A DNA stretch of 64,000 bases from Balanoglossus misakiensis (lineage: Eukaryota; Animalia; Hemichordata). Shown here in pieces: positions 14,351-33,800 of this stretch; position 1 is the first letter of the stretch, and every line of letters starts with the position of its first letter. Location: contig CM082593.2 of the NCBI GenBank assembly GCA_040954595.2, positions 5,969,434-6,033,433 on the forward strand, read 5' to 3'. Below the pieces are notes generated by a model that ran no database searches, was not told where the DNA came from, and saw only the letters and a program-made list of their open reading frames with translations. A program made the translations under genes and the position numbers.

Positions 14351-16505
14351 GTTACGTAACGGTGTTTTCCACACTGACTCGTGGTTCGACTCGTTCTGGC
14401 GATTCTCACATTGAACTGAGCACGCCTCAAACGACCAACTTTTCAGTTATCTTCGGTCGATGAGAAAACTCTTGCTTAAAATATTAAATAATCACAAGTT
14501 TTTTCCTTGGTAAATTGTTTTGTAGATCCATGGTTCCATGTTTGTATGCCGAGCCTCATTATGGTTACACAACTGTATTAGACAGCCGTTACATAGGGTT
14601 ATGTAATGCATAGACACTTACGAATATTTACGGCTGCCGCAGTCACGTCCACACAGTTTTTCCTGGAAACGTTACGTTTACCAGCGCGTGGCCGACGTGC
14701 TATGAATATTCACGAGCTACCCCAGACTCGCTCCTCGCCAGCATCCCCACACGCGAAATCATCGAATAATACACCCACGGGGTACCACGGTTCCCGCACC
14801 ATATCTCTTTGCCTCCCTTGTTTGTAATTCTTTCCAAGAAAAGATTTTCGACCAGAATTTCATATCCGCGGCTGTCGGTTTATTTATTGGCGAGACCCAT
14901 TCGCCCATGATATTTCCGTCCCACAGACTATTAGGCCCTATGCTAACTATTTCTCTCTCGAACGGCTACTATACAACCAAGGGACAATATTTCGCGGTTT
15001 GAATTGTGGGATAAACCACGGATACTTGAGGAGGGACCGTGGTCACACTTTAATAATATTATAAGTTATATTCGAAAGAATTTCGGTAACGTGTTGGTTT
15101 CTGCGGCGAAATTGGCTTTAGAGTACACCCTGTGCTAGTAATTCTGTGCATGCTCGTACCTATAGTTTGAGTTACATACTTTTCTCGACAAAAGCACGCC
15201 TGTATGTAGCAACCGTGATCGGCCGGGACCCACTGGAGCCTGGGGGTAGGGTTGGGGTCAGCATCAATGCGTCTGAGTGTAAAATCTGCGCGACCCACGG
15301 TTCGTGGGTCCGCGATGGATCCAGCGCGCAGCGATGACCATTTGCGTTCGAGTGCAAGACATCATAGAACACTTTACATTATTTCATATCATGTCTTTTA
15401 CATTAAAAAAGCACAATATTTAGCGTACATGTATATTCATTAAAAAAAAACATTTTTTTTGCCAAAACGTCGCCTTCGCGATGAAAAGAACGCTTGGCTT
15501 TGCCACCATTTTTTTTACAATTTCGAAAATATGCACACTTGCAAGAATTGACACATCTCGTCACCAGTTCTATATTTTCTATAAGCGCCACTGAACAGTT
15601 CTCTGGATATTGGCACCATATAAATGTTTTTGATTGATTGATTGATTGATTTTCAAACAGACATCGTCCTCTTGAACTTTAAAAAAAAAACTAAACCAGT
15701 TTTGTCACAAAACAAGTAAAACGTCCCTTGAAAACACTCAACGGGCATGAGTATCGAAGAAACTGCGTGTGTGCAACATTTAAATGAGTTAAAATCGATT
15801 TCAAAACATTTAGATAAAACATGCCTACGACTGTTAAATGTTTAAATTCCATTTAACATGACTTTTTTGTTACGAATTGCTTCAAACTAAGTTCGTTATA
15901 AGTGTTTGTTTCTTGTTTTTATAACTTGATCGAAAGGGAAGTGGCGACTTCGAATCTTACTGTTACATGATCTAACTTAGGCAACCGGCGATGATGACAT
16001 CACTCACAACAAAAAAGTGAACAGTTAAACAAGTTCAGTCATTTTGTGATGCTTACCTCATTAAGTTATTCTTCGCCAAATCCGGACAGATCTCGGTGTT
16101 TTCCTCAGTACTGACTGTGACAGCTATAACGAACTCCGCGTGCATCGGTCGGTTTCGATACTACAATAATCGAGATGTTGTAAACTGGTTTTCACAAGGC
16201 ATTACGTAATTATTACGCATGCGTAAGTTAACCAGAAACAAAGATATAGTCCTTGTCGACTTTACGCTTACAGCGGGTATTTTTTCGCTAAATAACCACG
16301 CTTTTTATTGTTTAGAAATTTATGCGAAGTAGAACATGCCTGCGTGTAACGAAATGAACCGTGTACACGTCTGATCTGGGTGATTCTGAGCCTTGTGTTC
16401 ATCCGCCGATAAGAACGCGAAGGTGAAGTCTCCGAGGACCAGTTTATCCGGCGGCAACAGCGGATAACATGTTATGATATCCTGTTTGTCCGGTGCTTAC
16501 GTAAG
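14351..16505. promoter_or_regulatory. D-box/E4BP4-site cluster in the NFIL3 5' intron and upstream region
   Basis: GTTACGTAAC at 14351-14360, GTTATGTAAT at 14598-14607, ATTACGTAAT at 16201-16210, and the near-match CTTACGTAAG at 16496-16505. Confidence 0.5.
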
Positions 16506-17309
16506 CGATTACCATGGCAGTGGGACCGGCGCTCAAAATAGGGCGCTCAATGACGGGGTGACCGTGACGGTCATGGCGTATAAAGAAGTGAGATTGTCTG
16601 CATAGGCGGGTTTCCTGCAACATAATGAAAAATACATAGCATAGCACTACACAGGTTTCTCCTAATAGCGGCGACCTTTTCCATATTTTAATCAATGAAA
16701 TATTCAATTTTCCTCTTATCCTCTGACACTATTTTGACTTCGAGGGGATTTTAATACCCATATGCACACCATGATAGTTATATCATTGACGGTAGCCCAC
16801 TTTCTAACGCTGCTGGCGCTATAGCGCTGGCAAATAAGCTTCAGTACAAATTCCTCCAAGCGACAGAATGTATTCATTGTTTATTCAATTCAAGAAGTCA
16901 AAATATTTCAGGACTGAATCCAATTGCACAAGTCAATGCTCTTTTACTTTTGGGTACTGCAACCCAATTGCAGTACTTTGCGTAAAGTGCAGTTGAAGTT
17001 GACCATAAAAAAGTCCCAACAGTCATGCGAGTAGGGCCTAGAATTGACGACGAAAGAGTAAAACTAGAAAGTTATAAATTGGGAATTTTATTTACTTTGT
17101 TTTGGATAGAGCGTCACAACTGAATTCTTAGTCACTGGTCCTTGAGATTTGTAACAATCAGAAATAATATTGAAAATGTATCGAGCGCATTTCCAATGGC
17201 AAAAATACGTATGTAGAATTTGTCAGAAAACACGCCCAGACGTGCGCCCAGACAGGCATATTTTTTCTTTTTTGAGCCGTTGGCGGCGCCTTCTATCACG
17301 CCACTGTAT

Positions 17310-17421
17310 CCGCCAATCGGCAAATTTCGGCGACCATTCGGCAACCTGCTTAGTAAGCAATCGGAAACTAGGAACGTTATGACGTCACCGGCAAAATACA
17401 AATTGGTGTGGCGGCCATATT
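17310..17421 (+). promoter_or_regulatory. Likely PP2A-C proximal promoter
   Basis: CCAAT box at about 17314, palindromic CRE TGACGTCA at 17380-17387 and YY1-like GCGGCCATATT at about 17411, all 150-260 bp upstream of the ATG. Confidence 0.4.
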
Positions 17422-17575
17422 AGAGTCTAAGAGCGTAATTTTCTGGATTTTTCACCAACTTCCAGCCGTTGTGGAGGTGAACTGCCGCAGTCATTGTCCC
17501 AACGGTACATAACTGTTTTAATTTAAATATTTAATTCAACATTTACCAACGTTTTGACAATAATTGGGGCAAAAG

Positions 17576-21668
<4,093 letters not shown>

Positions 21669-23014
21669 AACACCAAAGTCCGGCCGCCAGACCACAGCTT
21701 GAAGTGATTGGAACTGTGGGTGATGTGTTGCGAGGGCAACATCTCGCCCTTGAAAACTAAAAAAAAAAGAAAGAAAAATAGTCAAATTTGAAATAATCGA
21801 GCCTGTTGGTGTACTACCTGTGTCCCAGTACAATGTATATGTTTTAAGTTGGACTCTTCAGAAAAAAATCAGATGAACATTTTGACAGAAAAACACACTT
21901 TTTTGGTAGACGTAAAATCTCTTGATATGATGAAACAGGGATCTTTAGTTGCGGGGGCAATGCGCAGGCTGTAGTCCAGTGTAAAGAAGGTTGTATCAGC
22001 TCTAATCAGTCTTTTAAACTTACAAAACAATATGTGAATGCATTCAGCATTTTCTATGATTACTGCAAATTGTAACAGTTTGTCAATTTTACAGAGGTGT
22101 GTCACTGATCGCTTTGCTCTCTCTCTCGCAGATGTGTATAAAATGTAGACTGGGTGCAGGCAGCCGATTGCTTTGTTTAGGGGGGGGGGGGGTTTCAGTT
22201 TGTAATTTGGGTAGAAAATAACAATTACTCTGCCTGCCGCATCTCTGTGTTTGTGTAATGAGTTTTTTGAAGTAGCGCATATTGGCTAATGGTACTTAAT
22301 ATGATTTAGGTTATAATGTGGCAGCATGGTTTGTGTGAATTCCAGTGAAATTTTTCATGTAAATTTGAAGGTAGTGTATTGTGACATGCAAAAGACTGGA
22401 CAAGAAGGGTGGGTCTCTAATAATCATCGTTACATTCATTAAGCTTTTTTTTATTAAAAAAAGAAAACAAGTCATTCTTGTACATATCCACCTTTTGCTT
22501 TTAAAATTGTACTGCCATTACAGTGATTTCAGCTCCTTCGAAAGAATTGTTGAAATTTTCCCTCCCCTTTTTGCTGTGTAATTTTAGACTACCCAATAGT
22601 TGGAGGGAAAGGGAGGCGGTCCCATCTATTCTGAGATGTAGGGGGAGGGACAGGGTCATTTGAATGTGAACACTTGGGGAGGGGGAGGGGACAAGACTTT
22701 ATGAAGAGTGGACCCACAACTGTGTACCGTTTTGGCATTGTCTAGAATTACGAGTATCTTGTGTATGTAGAAACAGCTTGGCAGATTAATGTGACTTGTT
22801 TTGTTAGTTTTCCATTGTGGTACTGTCTGTTTTTCTTGTACTGATCTACGCCATTACTTCAGATGGTTAACTCTACATAGATTATAATTCTGTTCACTTT
22901 ATTAAGTCACGCTATGCCATTATTACTTCTAAGGGAGTTAACTGTTCATTTGTCGTGAAAATATGCGTCATCTAGTAGCATAAACGATTCTAGTCCGTTT
23001 CCAAAATCGGTGTT

Positions 23015-23108
23015 TTAACCCTTTCACCCCCACTTCCCTCTATAGAGGTCCAACTTTACCATAGACAAACAATGGATTTGGACCAAACCACGGTGGTGAA
23101 AGGGATAA
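23015..23108. mobile_element. MITE copy 4 (reverse orientation)
   Basis: TTAACCCTTTCACCCCC...GGTCCAACTTTACCATAG...GGACCAAACCACGGTGGTGAAAGGGATAA. Confidence 0.7.
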
Positions 23109-24861
23109 ATAATGGCGTACACTGGTGTTGTACTTACAGAGCAGACGCAGCTGCCCGGCATGTTAAAGAACTTTTATTATTCGGTTGAGGTTTATTGGAC
23201 ATGAAAGCAGGCCTGGTGTGGAATCTGAAGACACAATTGGAGGGGAATTGTTCGTAAGGGTAGATCCACCCACAGATTTCGATATAGTCCTTCAAATTTC
23301 TTCAGTCGTTGCTGGATTTTGGTCGTGTGTCAAATTGACATTGTGGGGCCTACCTTGAAGATGTTGGCATTCACAAAACTGGCCACTGTGATGTCAACAT
23401 TCTCAAAAACGAATTCGCCCTCGCAAGGTGTTTTCTAATCCATGCTTGGTCTGTCGTATAAAACTCCTAGATTTTCATGATTTACTTGTGTTTGTCATAG
23501 AGACAACATGGTGCCCTTTTCTGCTTGGAGTAATAGCCTATTTTATACCATCACTCTTATTATTGGGAAAATAGGTGAGGCAATTACGGTAGTCATTTCA
23601 GCCTTAGTTGTGATGTGTTTATCATGTTTGACGCCCACCACCCCCAGTTCAAGGCAAAATATTCACCTCTCACGGTAGTTCGATAAATGGACTTTAAAAG
23701 TCATTGTTATCATCGCATCTCCTGTGATCCTCTCCAGAACACATTATGCAAAAATCAACAACAACAACAACTCGATACCAACTACTATATTGTACAGTTG
23801 GGCTGAGTTCATTCATGAAATAGACATGCACTGCAGTGTTTGATGCACGGAATAACATGGGAAATTTCACACAACTGTCGCACTCTTCCCTGGTACGTCC
23901 ATGCTCTCCCATGCTTGTCACAAAGCAGATACCATCTGATTTTAATCTGTAATGAATTTCCTGTGATTTTTCTTTTTTCCCCGCCAACTTCGGTGAATAT
24001 TGTTTGTATTCTTTTGAGAAATCCAATTTTTGATGATGATGATGATAATGTCATCCTTTGTAAATTCTCACACAGAAAATAAATAACACCCCTGTATTTG
24101 TTTCAAAATATTTCATGGCAGTCTGTGTATTACTGTGTGTGTGTGTGTGTGTGTGTGCAGAAACCGTTCTATTGTATTACTGTCGGTGAGGTACCAGAGC
24201 CGAAAATATGTGCATGCAAGTTTTATGTGAGTCACTATCTGGACAGTCACCAGGCTTGTCTATCATTTGCAAAAGGTTGAAATGTAGGTGAAATGTGGGC
24301 TTGAAGTTGACATTGACTGAACTTGAAAAAATTGCCAAGAACAATACCCATGTAGCACTCTGTTTCTTTTGATAACAGACGCTTTCATTTAACATTTCCA
24401 ACCCACCAGTTAGGGTTAGGGATTTAGGGGTAAGTGTCCTGTGGGTATATATCCAGGGGCTGCCTGACACATGCATCCCTCAGTTACCCAAACATAGACA
24501 GTTAAGTAAGTAATCAATCAATCAGAAATGAGAGTTGGCACCCCGCCAGAGCTGCAATATTGACTAAAAAGCGTCCAAATCCATGAAAAAACATCAAGTC
24601 ATGATGTCAACATGAAGTTTGCACCATACTGTGTGATGTTTTGTGGGCTCCAGATGGTGATCAGACACTGATGATGACTTGATGACGGTATCCAGATAAT
24701 AAGTTTTTAACTTATTTTTCTGCTTTTGTTGGGGTTTATAAATAGGCATCCAATTTTGGTGTTCATGTGGGCCACCCCGCCCCCCCCCCCCATATAGTAG
24801 GGCGGTATAGTAAAGAGCGCCCCCTTGAGTTCATAGCCCTTGTAACAGTTTCCGCGAAGCG

Positions 24862-24873
24862 TTCTTCCTCTTT
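24862..24873 (+). promoter_or_regulatory. Polypyrimidine (TCT / 5'TOP) initiator of RACK1
   Basis: TTCTTCCTCTTT about 95 nt upstream of the RACK1 ATG, as expected for a ribosomal-protein-class gene. Confidence 0.55.
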
Positions 24874-24932
24874 AGCCGTTCCTCCATTGCGAGCCGGCAT
24901 ACCGTATGGCACAGCCATAAGAATCCAACTAA

Positions 24933-28056
<3,124 letters not shown>

Positions 28057-30864
28057 ACAAAACGACAACCACAGCATAGACAGACTCCCCACTTCCTTTG
28101 CACAGCAGGGCAATTATTTTTACAGTATCTCCACCACCCTGCTGTCCGAAGGGACTGGGTAAAAACATAAACTTGAGAGAGAAAAAAGTAAAATATTTAA
28201 AAAAAAATAGTCTAAGAAGAACTCTAAGTGCTATGCTGAGATGTTGAATAAAATGAAACCCGTCTGAGAACTGTGTTGATGACTGTCTGTGTTAAGATCA
28301 TTGCAGATGCGACTTCTGCAAGCCAAATAAAGTCCACTTTCCCCGAGGGGAAAGATTCGATTGAAAACTTGTGTTTGTGATCTTTTCAGAATCCTTATTT
28401 ACGACGACAGAAATAGCGCTGATGGTGCAGTTTGTATTGGATTGTTTGAAGGTGATGGTGGAGATGTCCATGCCAAATGGCCTCAGACATCCTTTGGCCA
28501 CCATGCTGTTTGCTCGCAGGAATATTGTCATTGAGAAGAAGTCACAAAGCGATCTGCATTTGAAATTGCACATGATATGTAATGCCAATCGGTGCTCTGG
28601 TGTTCATGAATATGGCAGTTCTCGATTTAGTCGAAATTTCTGCACAAATAATTCCTGGTAAATGATGCTCTCGCCAATTTTGACAAAAGTGTGGACACTG
28701 GTCCAGGTTTTGAGTGTGTTAGCGCCCCCTACGGCCAGACCAAAACCTACTTTCAACTGAGGAAACTGGAAGAGATGGCCAGATTTCACATGGAAGAATG
28801 CTGACTGACATGACATAGTGTGTTTGCTTCATTCAAGGGTGCAGTCGGCCGCGAATGGTGCTGCAAGAGTTAGTTTCTGAAACGTACTAAAAAGTCATTT
28901 TCGGTTTTCTCAAATGCGCATGTATCAATAAACCACGGTTAGGACTCTGTCAGGGAACGTAAAGACACGTGATGAACTTGTTTCATAAGTTTGTAAAGTT
29001 TGCATGTGAAAGTGAAACCTAGGTATTGTTCGTGCTTTGTGACCCCCATTGGACGTTGATTAGCTGCTAGGTTGACTGGTGTGTTCGCAGCATAATCATT
29101 GCAGCTAGACGTTGATATGCATGTAAACATCACTTGCAACGCGGCTCGTTCTGTTCCACCATGAGTTTGTGCGGGTCATGTTGCGGCCTTAAAAGATGCC
29201 ACCACTGTCCGATTTTTAAGGCGTGGGCCGCCAAAAGTCAGGCGAGAGACTCTTAGGAAGGAAAGTAGGTCGAGACACCTTCGTTCATAGCTTTGATTGG
29301 ATGACAATTCGTCCACTGCACTGCCATCTGCAGGGCACGCCTTCTCGGTGAGAGGTGGTCGTTTGTGGGAACCATCGCCTCGTTTTGTGTTGTGTAATTT
29401 CACAAAACGTCACCCCGTCGACAGAGATTTTATAACTGTTTTGAATTCAGAGCAGATATATATATTCCCTGTTCGCTCCACACACAGCAAAATCCATGGG
29501 GCAGTGGCGCTGTTAAACAGGTTACCTTGACCGGACAGGGACGTGCGCCCAGGCCTTTACGTGATTGAAGACACAATAGAAAGCAGTGTACACTCATTTG
29601 AGAGGACAACAAGAAAGTAAGTACACATTGCCCAGGATTGCATTGTACAGCTAGCTGATCTCGAATTTAAACCATGGTCTGTGTTTAAATCAAGAGCATA
29701 GGTATCCAATTGGTGCTAGAAATATTTGGAACTTCTTGTATTCGCCTTTACGTTTAAAAACGGGCTAGTCGCCTACTATATGTGGTACATGTACATCAAA
29801 TGATTTTCCTGGAAATATGCATGTAATGGAAAATACACAGTTAATTATACCACAATATTATACAGACGATGGTTATGCGCAGACGATCGATTGAACTGAG
29901 TGCGTAATACCAGTAGCACGCACGCGGTTCAGTTCAGACAGTGTAACCTCAGGGCGTTTAAATATATACAATTCATATGTAAAAATACCTGTATAAATAA
30001 CAAGTATGGCGCGGCTGTGGAAACATGGGAGTGTCGGGATTCTAAAGCCAATATACATTCTCTTAGAGTAGTATTCGACCCAGCCCTACTGAAGCTGCTT
30101 GGGTCGAACAGTCCCGACTGAAAGACTCGCCTGCAAGATATCTTGAAGTTTTGCCCTTCTGCGTCAGCTGCTTCTCGTGAGTGGAAACGCCGTGCCCGTA
30201 TAGCTGCCCATGCAATTGAGGTTGTGGATTCCAATATTGACGGGACACTTGCACTGTTTTCAAGTAGGTGAAAATATTGTTACGTATACGGTGCGCCTGG
30301 TCTCAGGCGCACGACCCATCAAATTTTACAACTCAAACATTGTTTGTTCAACCCAAGAGCGAAATAATTCCAACGGAGTTTTTTAAGTGTGTTCTGGTGA
30401 AATATATGTGGTTTGTTCAACACCTGAGATTTACTCAATGTAGCTCTGTATGGCCATGACAAAATCGCAGCCTCGCTCGTCTCGCCATTGGTCAGAACAA
30501 AAACATTACTGAAGGGATTTTCGAGAGAATGTTTTTAATGTGCGACCTTGATACACGGTCCGATTCGCACGACCTGCCAAGTCGGCCTGGAGATGTTTTG
30601 AGGGTCTCGTCTGGGTGGTGGTGATGTTGATTCTACGGTTCTACTAGTAAATTTGCATACTTGTCCCAGATCTACTTATTATTCTGGCGCTTATCAGTCT
30701 TTTTTCTCCCGTCATGCACGTTTTATAATTACTTTCTTTTTTCTATCAACGCCACTCTATTGTAAGTTAGGCTAGATCACAGCCCCTCGTGAACACAATA
30801 AATGAATGCACATTGCTTTATTAATGTTAAAAACAATGGATTGTTTCACTTTTCAGATTTTGAG

Positions 30865-33800
30865 ATGAAGCCTTTCTTGTTCATCGTCGCCTTGGCAACA
30901 CTATCAAGCCATCGGGTAAGATCCCAGAACTGCAGCGAACCCAAGAAAGGAACCGTCGACGGTGATGTCATCATTGGGGTACTGTTTCCATTCCATTCCA
31001 GCATCGATGGCAGATGTAGTGATCAGATTCCGAACCCGGATTCCATTCAAGTATTGGAAGCGGCAAAGTTCGCAATTTCCAGGAGTAATGAACGCTACCC
31101 GACTTTAACTGTTGGTAGGCGAATACTTTGATTATATCATATCATGCTACCGTCCGCCATTCTGAATGAACGAGAGCTCAATCTGGCGATGCTAACCCCG
31201 CCCGTTTATACTTCATATTTATTTTCTGGCAAACAAACAAACAAACAAACATAAAACTTCGGAATTCGGGGAATCAAAGTCAGAACGGCGCCCCCATGCG
31301 CCCAGTCATCACGGTCAGAGAAACTTCTGCTGTCTGCCAAGTGATGTCGTACATCTCAGTTTTTGCACTTTCCCGTCCGATTCTCTAATGGAAGGAATGA
31401 GCGTAAGTGAGAACAACCATGCAAAGAGTTATATATGCGCAGTTAGTATTCTCCACAAACTCTGTTTCTATACACGCTCCCTGTTTGCATCATCAGAGTT
31501 GGAAATATGGCGCACATGGACACAGACTGCATCGTCGCAAACAAGTGCCTCTTTACGGCCGAGATCTTGAGGTTAAACAGACTATTAGTTGCCTACCGTA
31601 TTTATGGACATCGGGGTTTTTCCTTTACACATAGGTTTGGATGCATGGGACAGTTGTTATTCGGGAGATGTTGCCACTGACCGTTCTCTGCGGTATCTAG
31701 GAGACAAGGTGAAGCTGAGCTACAGCCAGGGTGATGTTTGTCCAAACAGGCGGCTTTACATAGGTGAGTAGTTGGGATGAGAAAATTACAATTTCATTTG
31801 TCTGTAGGCTAAATATGCACAGTCCTCTTGACCAGGTCCTGTGTACAAAACGTGATCGCTGAATGAATTTGTGAATGCATTTCGCCATCACTCTACACCA
31901 TCCTGTTATGAGAGACAAGAATATGCACATTTCTGTTTCAAAAATGCAGGAATGGTTGCAGATGAAACCAGTGTTACATCGAGAGCAGTGGCTTCCTTGT
32001 CAGGCGATGCACACACACCTCAGATATCGTACGGCGGAACCGCGCCAGATTTGAGTGATAAGGAAAAGTATCCCTACTTCTTACGTACTGTACCGGCTGA
32101 TCAGTACCAAGCACAGGTGAGCGATTGTCAATGTCATTTATGGCCACATTTACTTTTTAATATGTAGCTTCACAAACATGAACAAATATCGGCATGGTGT
32201 CAGAGTTGATGAATCCTCAGTGGTGTGTCTTAATTGTTCTCACTGCAGGCTATGGTGGACATCATGAAGCGACTCGGCTGGGTGTATGTCAATGTCATTT
32301 ACACAAAGGAAGATGACCACCAGAGGGCGCTTCAAGCCCTGAAGGACATCGCCGGTGACCATGGGATATGCTTTGCCAGTGAACTTGGCATCAAGCAGGG
32401 GACGACCGTGACCGCAGCGTTTGAGAGCTTCTTGCAGGATTTCAGCTCCAAGCCCAACGCCAAAGCGGTGGTGGCGTTCGTCACCCAGACGCACGCCGAA
32501 CACCTGCTAATGGCTGCCGAGCGAAGCCAACGATCTGATTGGCAGTGGTTGTTCAGCTACGAAGGAATGACCGATCCGAGTGGTCTCGTTCGTCAGGCGC
32601 CCCGTGCAAGCCGCGGCATTCTAGGCATCCTTCCGGCAACTTTCGCGAATCAGGTCGACGCTTACGGCAGCTACTTCCAAAGCCTGACCCCGGAGAATGC
32701 GAGCGTCGCATCAAATCCCTGGTTCTCCGAGTTCTGGCAAGAGAAATACCAATGCAATCTTCCCGGCTCGTCCAGGTTTCCGAGCGCGTGCAACCAGGCG
32801 GCTGTCGACTCACACCAGCAGAATTACTTACAATACCCGTACGTGTCGCCCACTCTGAACGCCGTGGACGCGCTCATGAAGCTCGTACAGGATCTCCACA
32901 GAACAAAATGTGGAATAGACAGTCCCGGTGTCTGCGATGATATGCTGCACACGGATCCAGACGAAATCTCGCAGACGTTGATGCAAGTGACGTTAGCGGC
33001 GGAAAACAATGGCGAAGCTATTAACTTTGATGAGAACGGTGATGTGGAACCAATATACGACATTGCGAATTACAATGGAACATTTTTCTCTCTGGTAGGT
33101 AATGAATCCATGCATGCATGCGATTAGCACATTAATTTACAAGCAAATATCTGTTTTGACAGGATGTAATTTGTTCATGGAAAAATGGTATTACAATTTG
33201 CAGTTGCTGCCACTATTAAAAAAACGCTGTCGTTTTCTTGCAGATCGGGAATTGGACGTCTGGTGTTTTGCACTTGAATGTCGATCAAGTAACAATGTGG
33301 GTAGATGATGTCCCTAAATCTGGGTCAGATCTGCCAGTCTCTGTGTGTGGCACCCCCTGTACTGATTCGAACTGTGGATCACCTGAGGAGAAGAAGGTAT
33401 GACATGAACTCTTCTGTATAAGTCGAACAGGTTAATTAACCCTTTCACCACCATGGTTTGGTCCAAATCCTTTGTTTTCTATAGTAAATTTGAACTTCTT
33501 TCGTGGGAACTAGGGGTGAAAGGGTTAAAGAAGATTTCAGGAGAAATTAATTTAATTGGGTGTTTTATTTTTTGGTCATTCTCAGGTGTATTTGTCTGGT
33601 GACATAATCCTTGGCGGCGTTTTCCCGATTCATGGAAAAGGCAGCGGGGACAGTGAATGCGGCGCGTTGAATCCAGAGGGTGTTCTCCAGCTGGAAGCCA
33701 TGCTGTACGCACTGGAGCGGATCAACCAAGACATCGACGTACTACCGAACGTCCAGCTGGGCATGGAGAGCATCGATTCCTGCCTGAGCAGCGACGTCGC

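Noticed and set aside
28298-30460. Short ORFs and a 9-bp hairpin (TTCGACCCA/TGGGTCGAA, about 30073) between RACK1 and the GPCR
   Set aside because: No recognisable homology or consistent exon chain.
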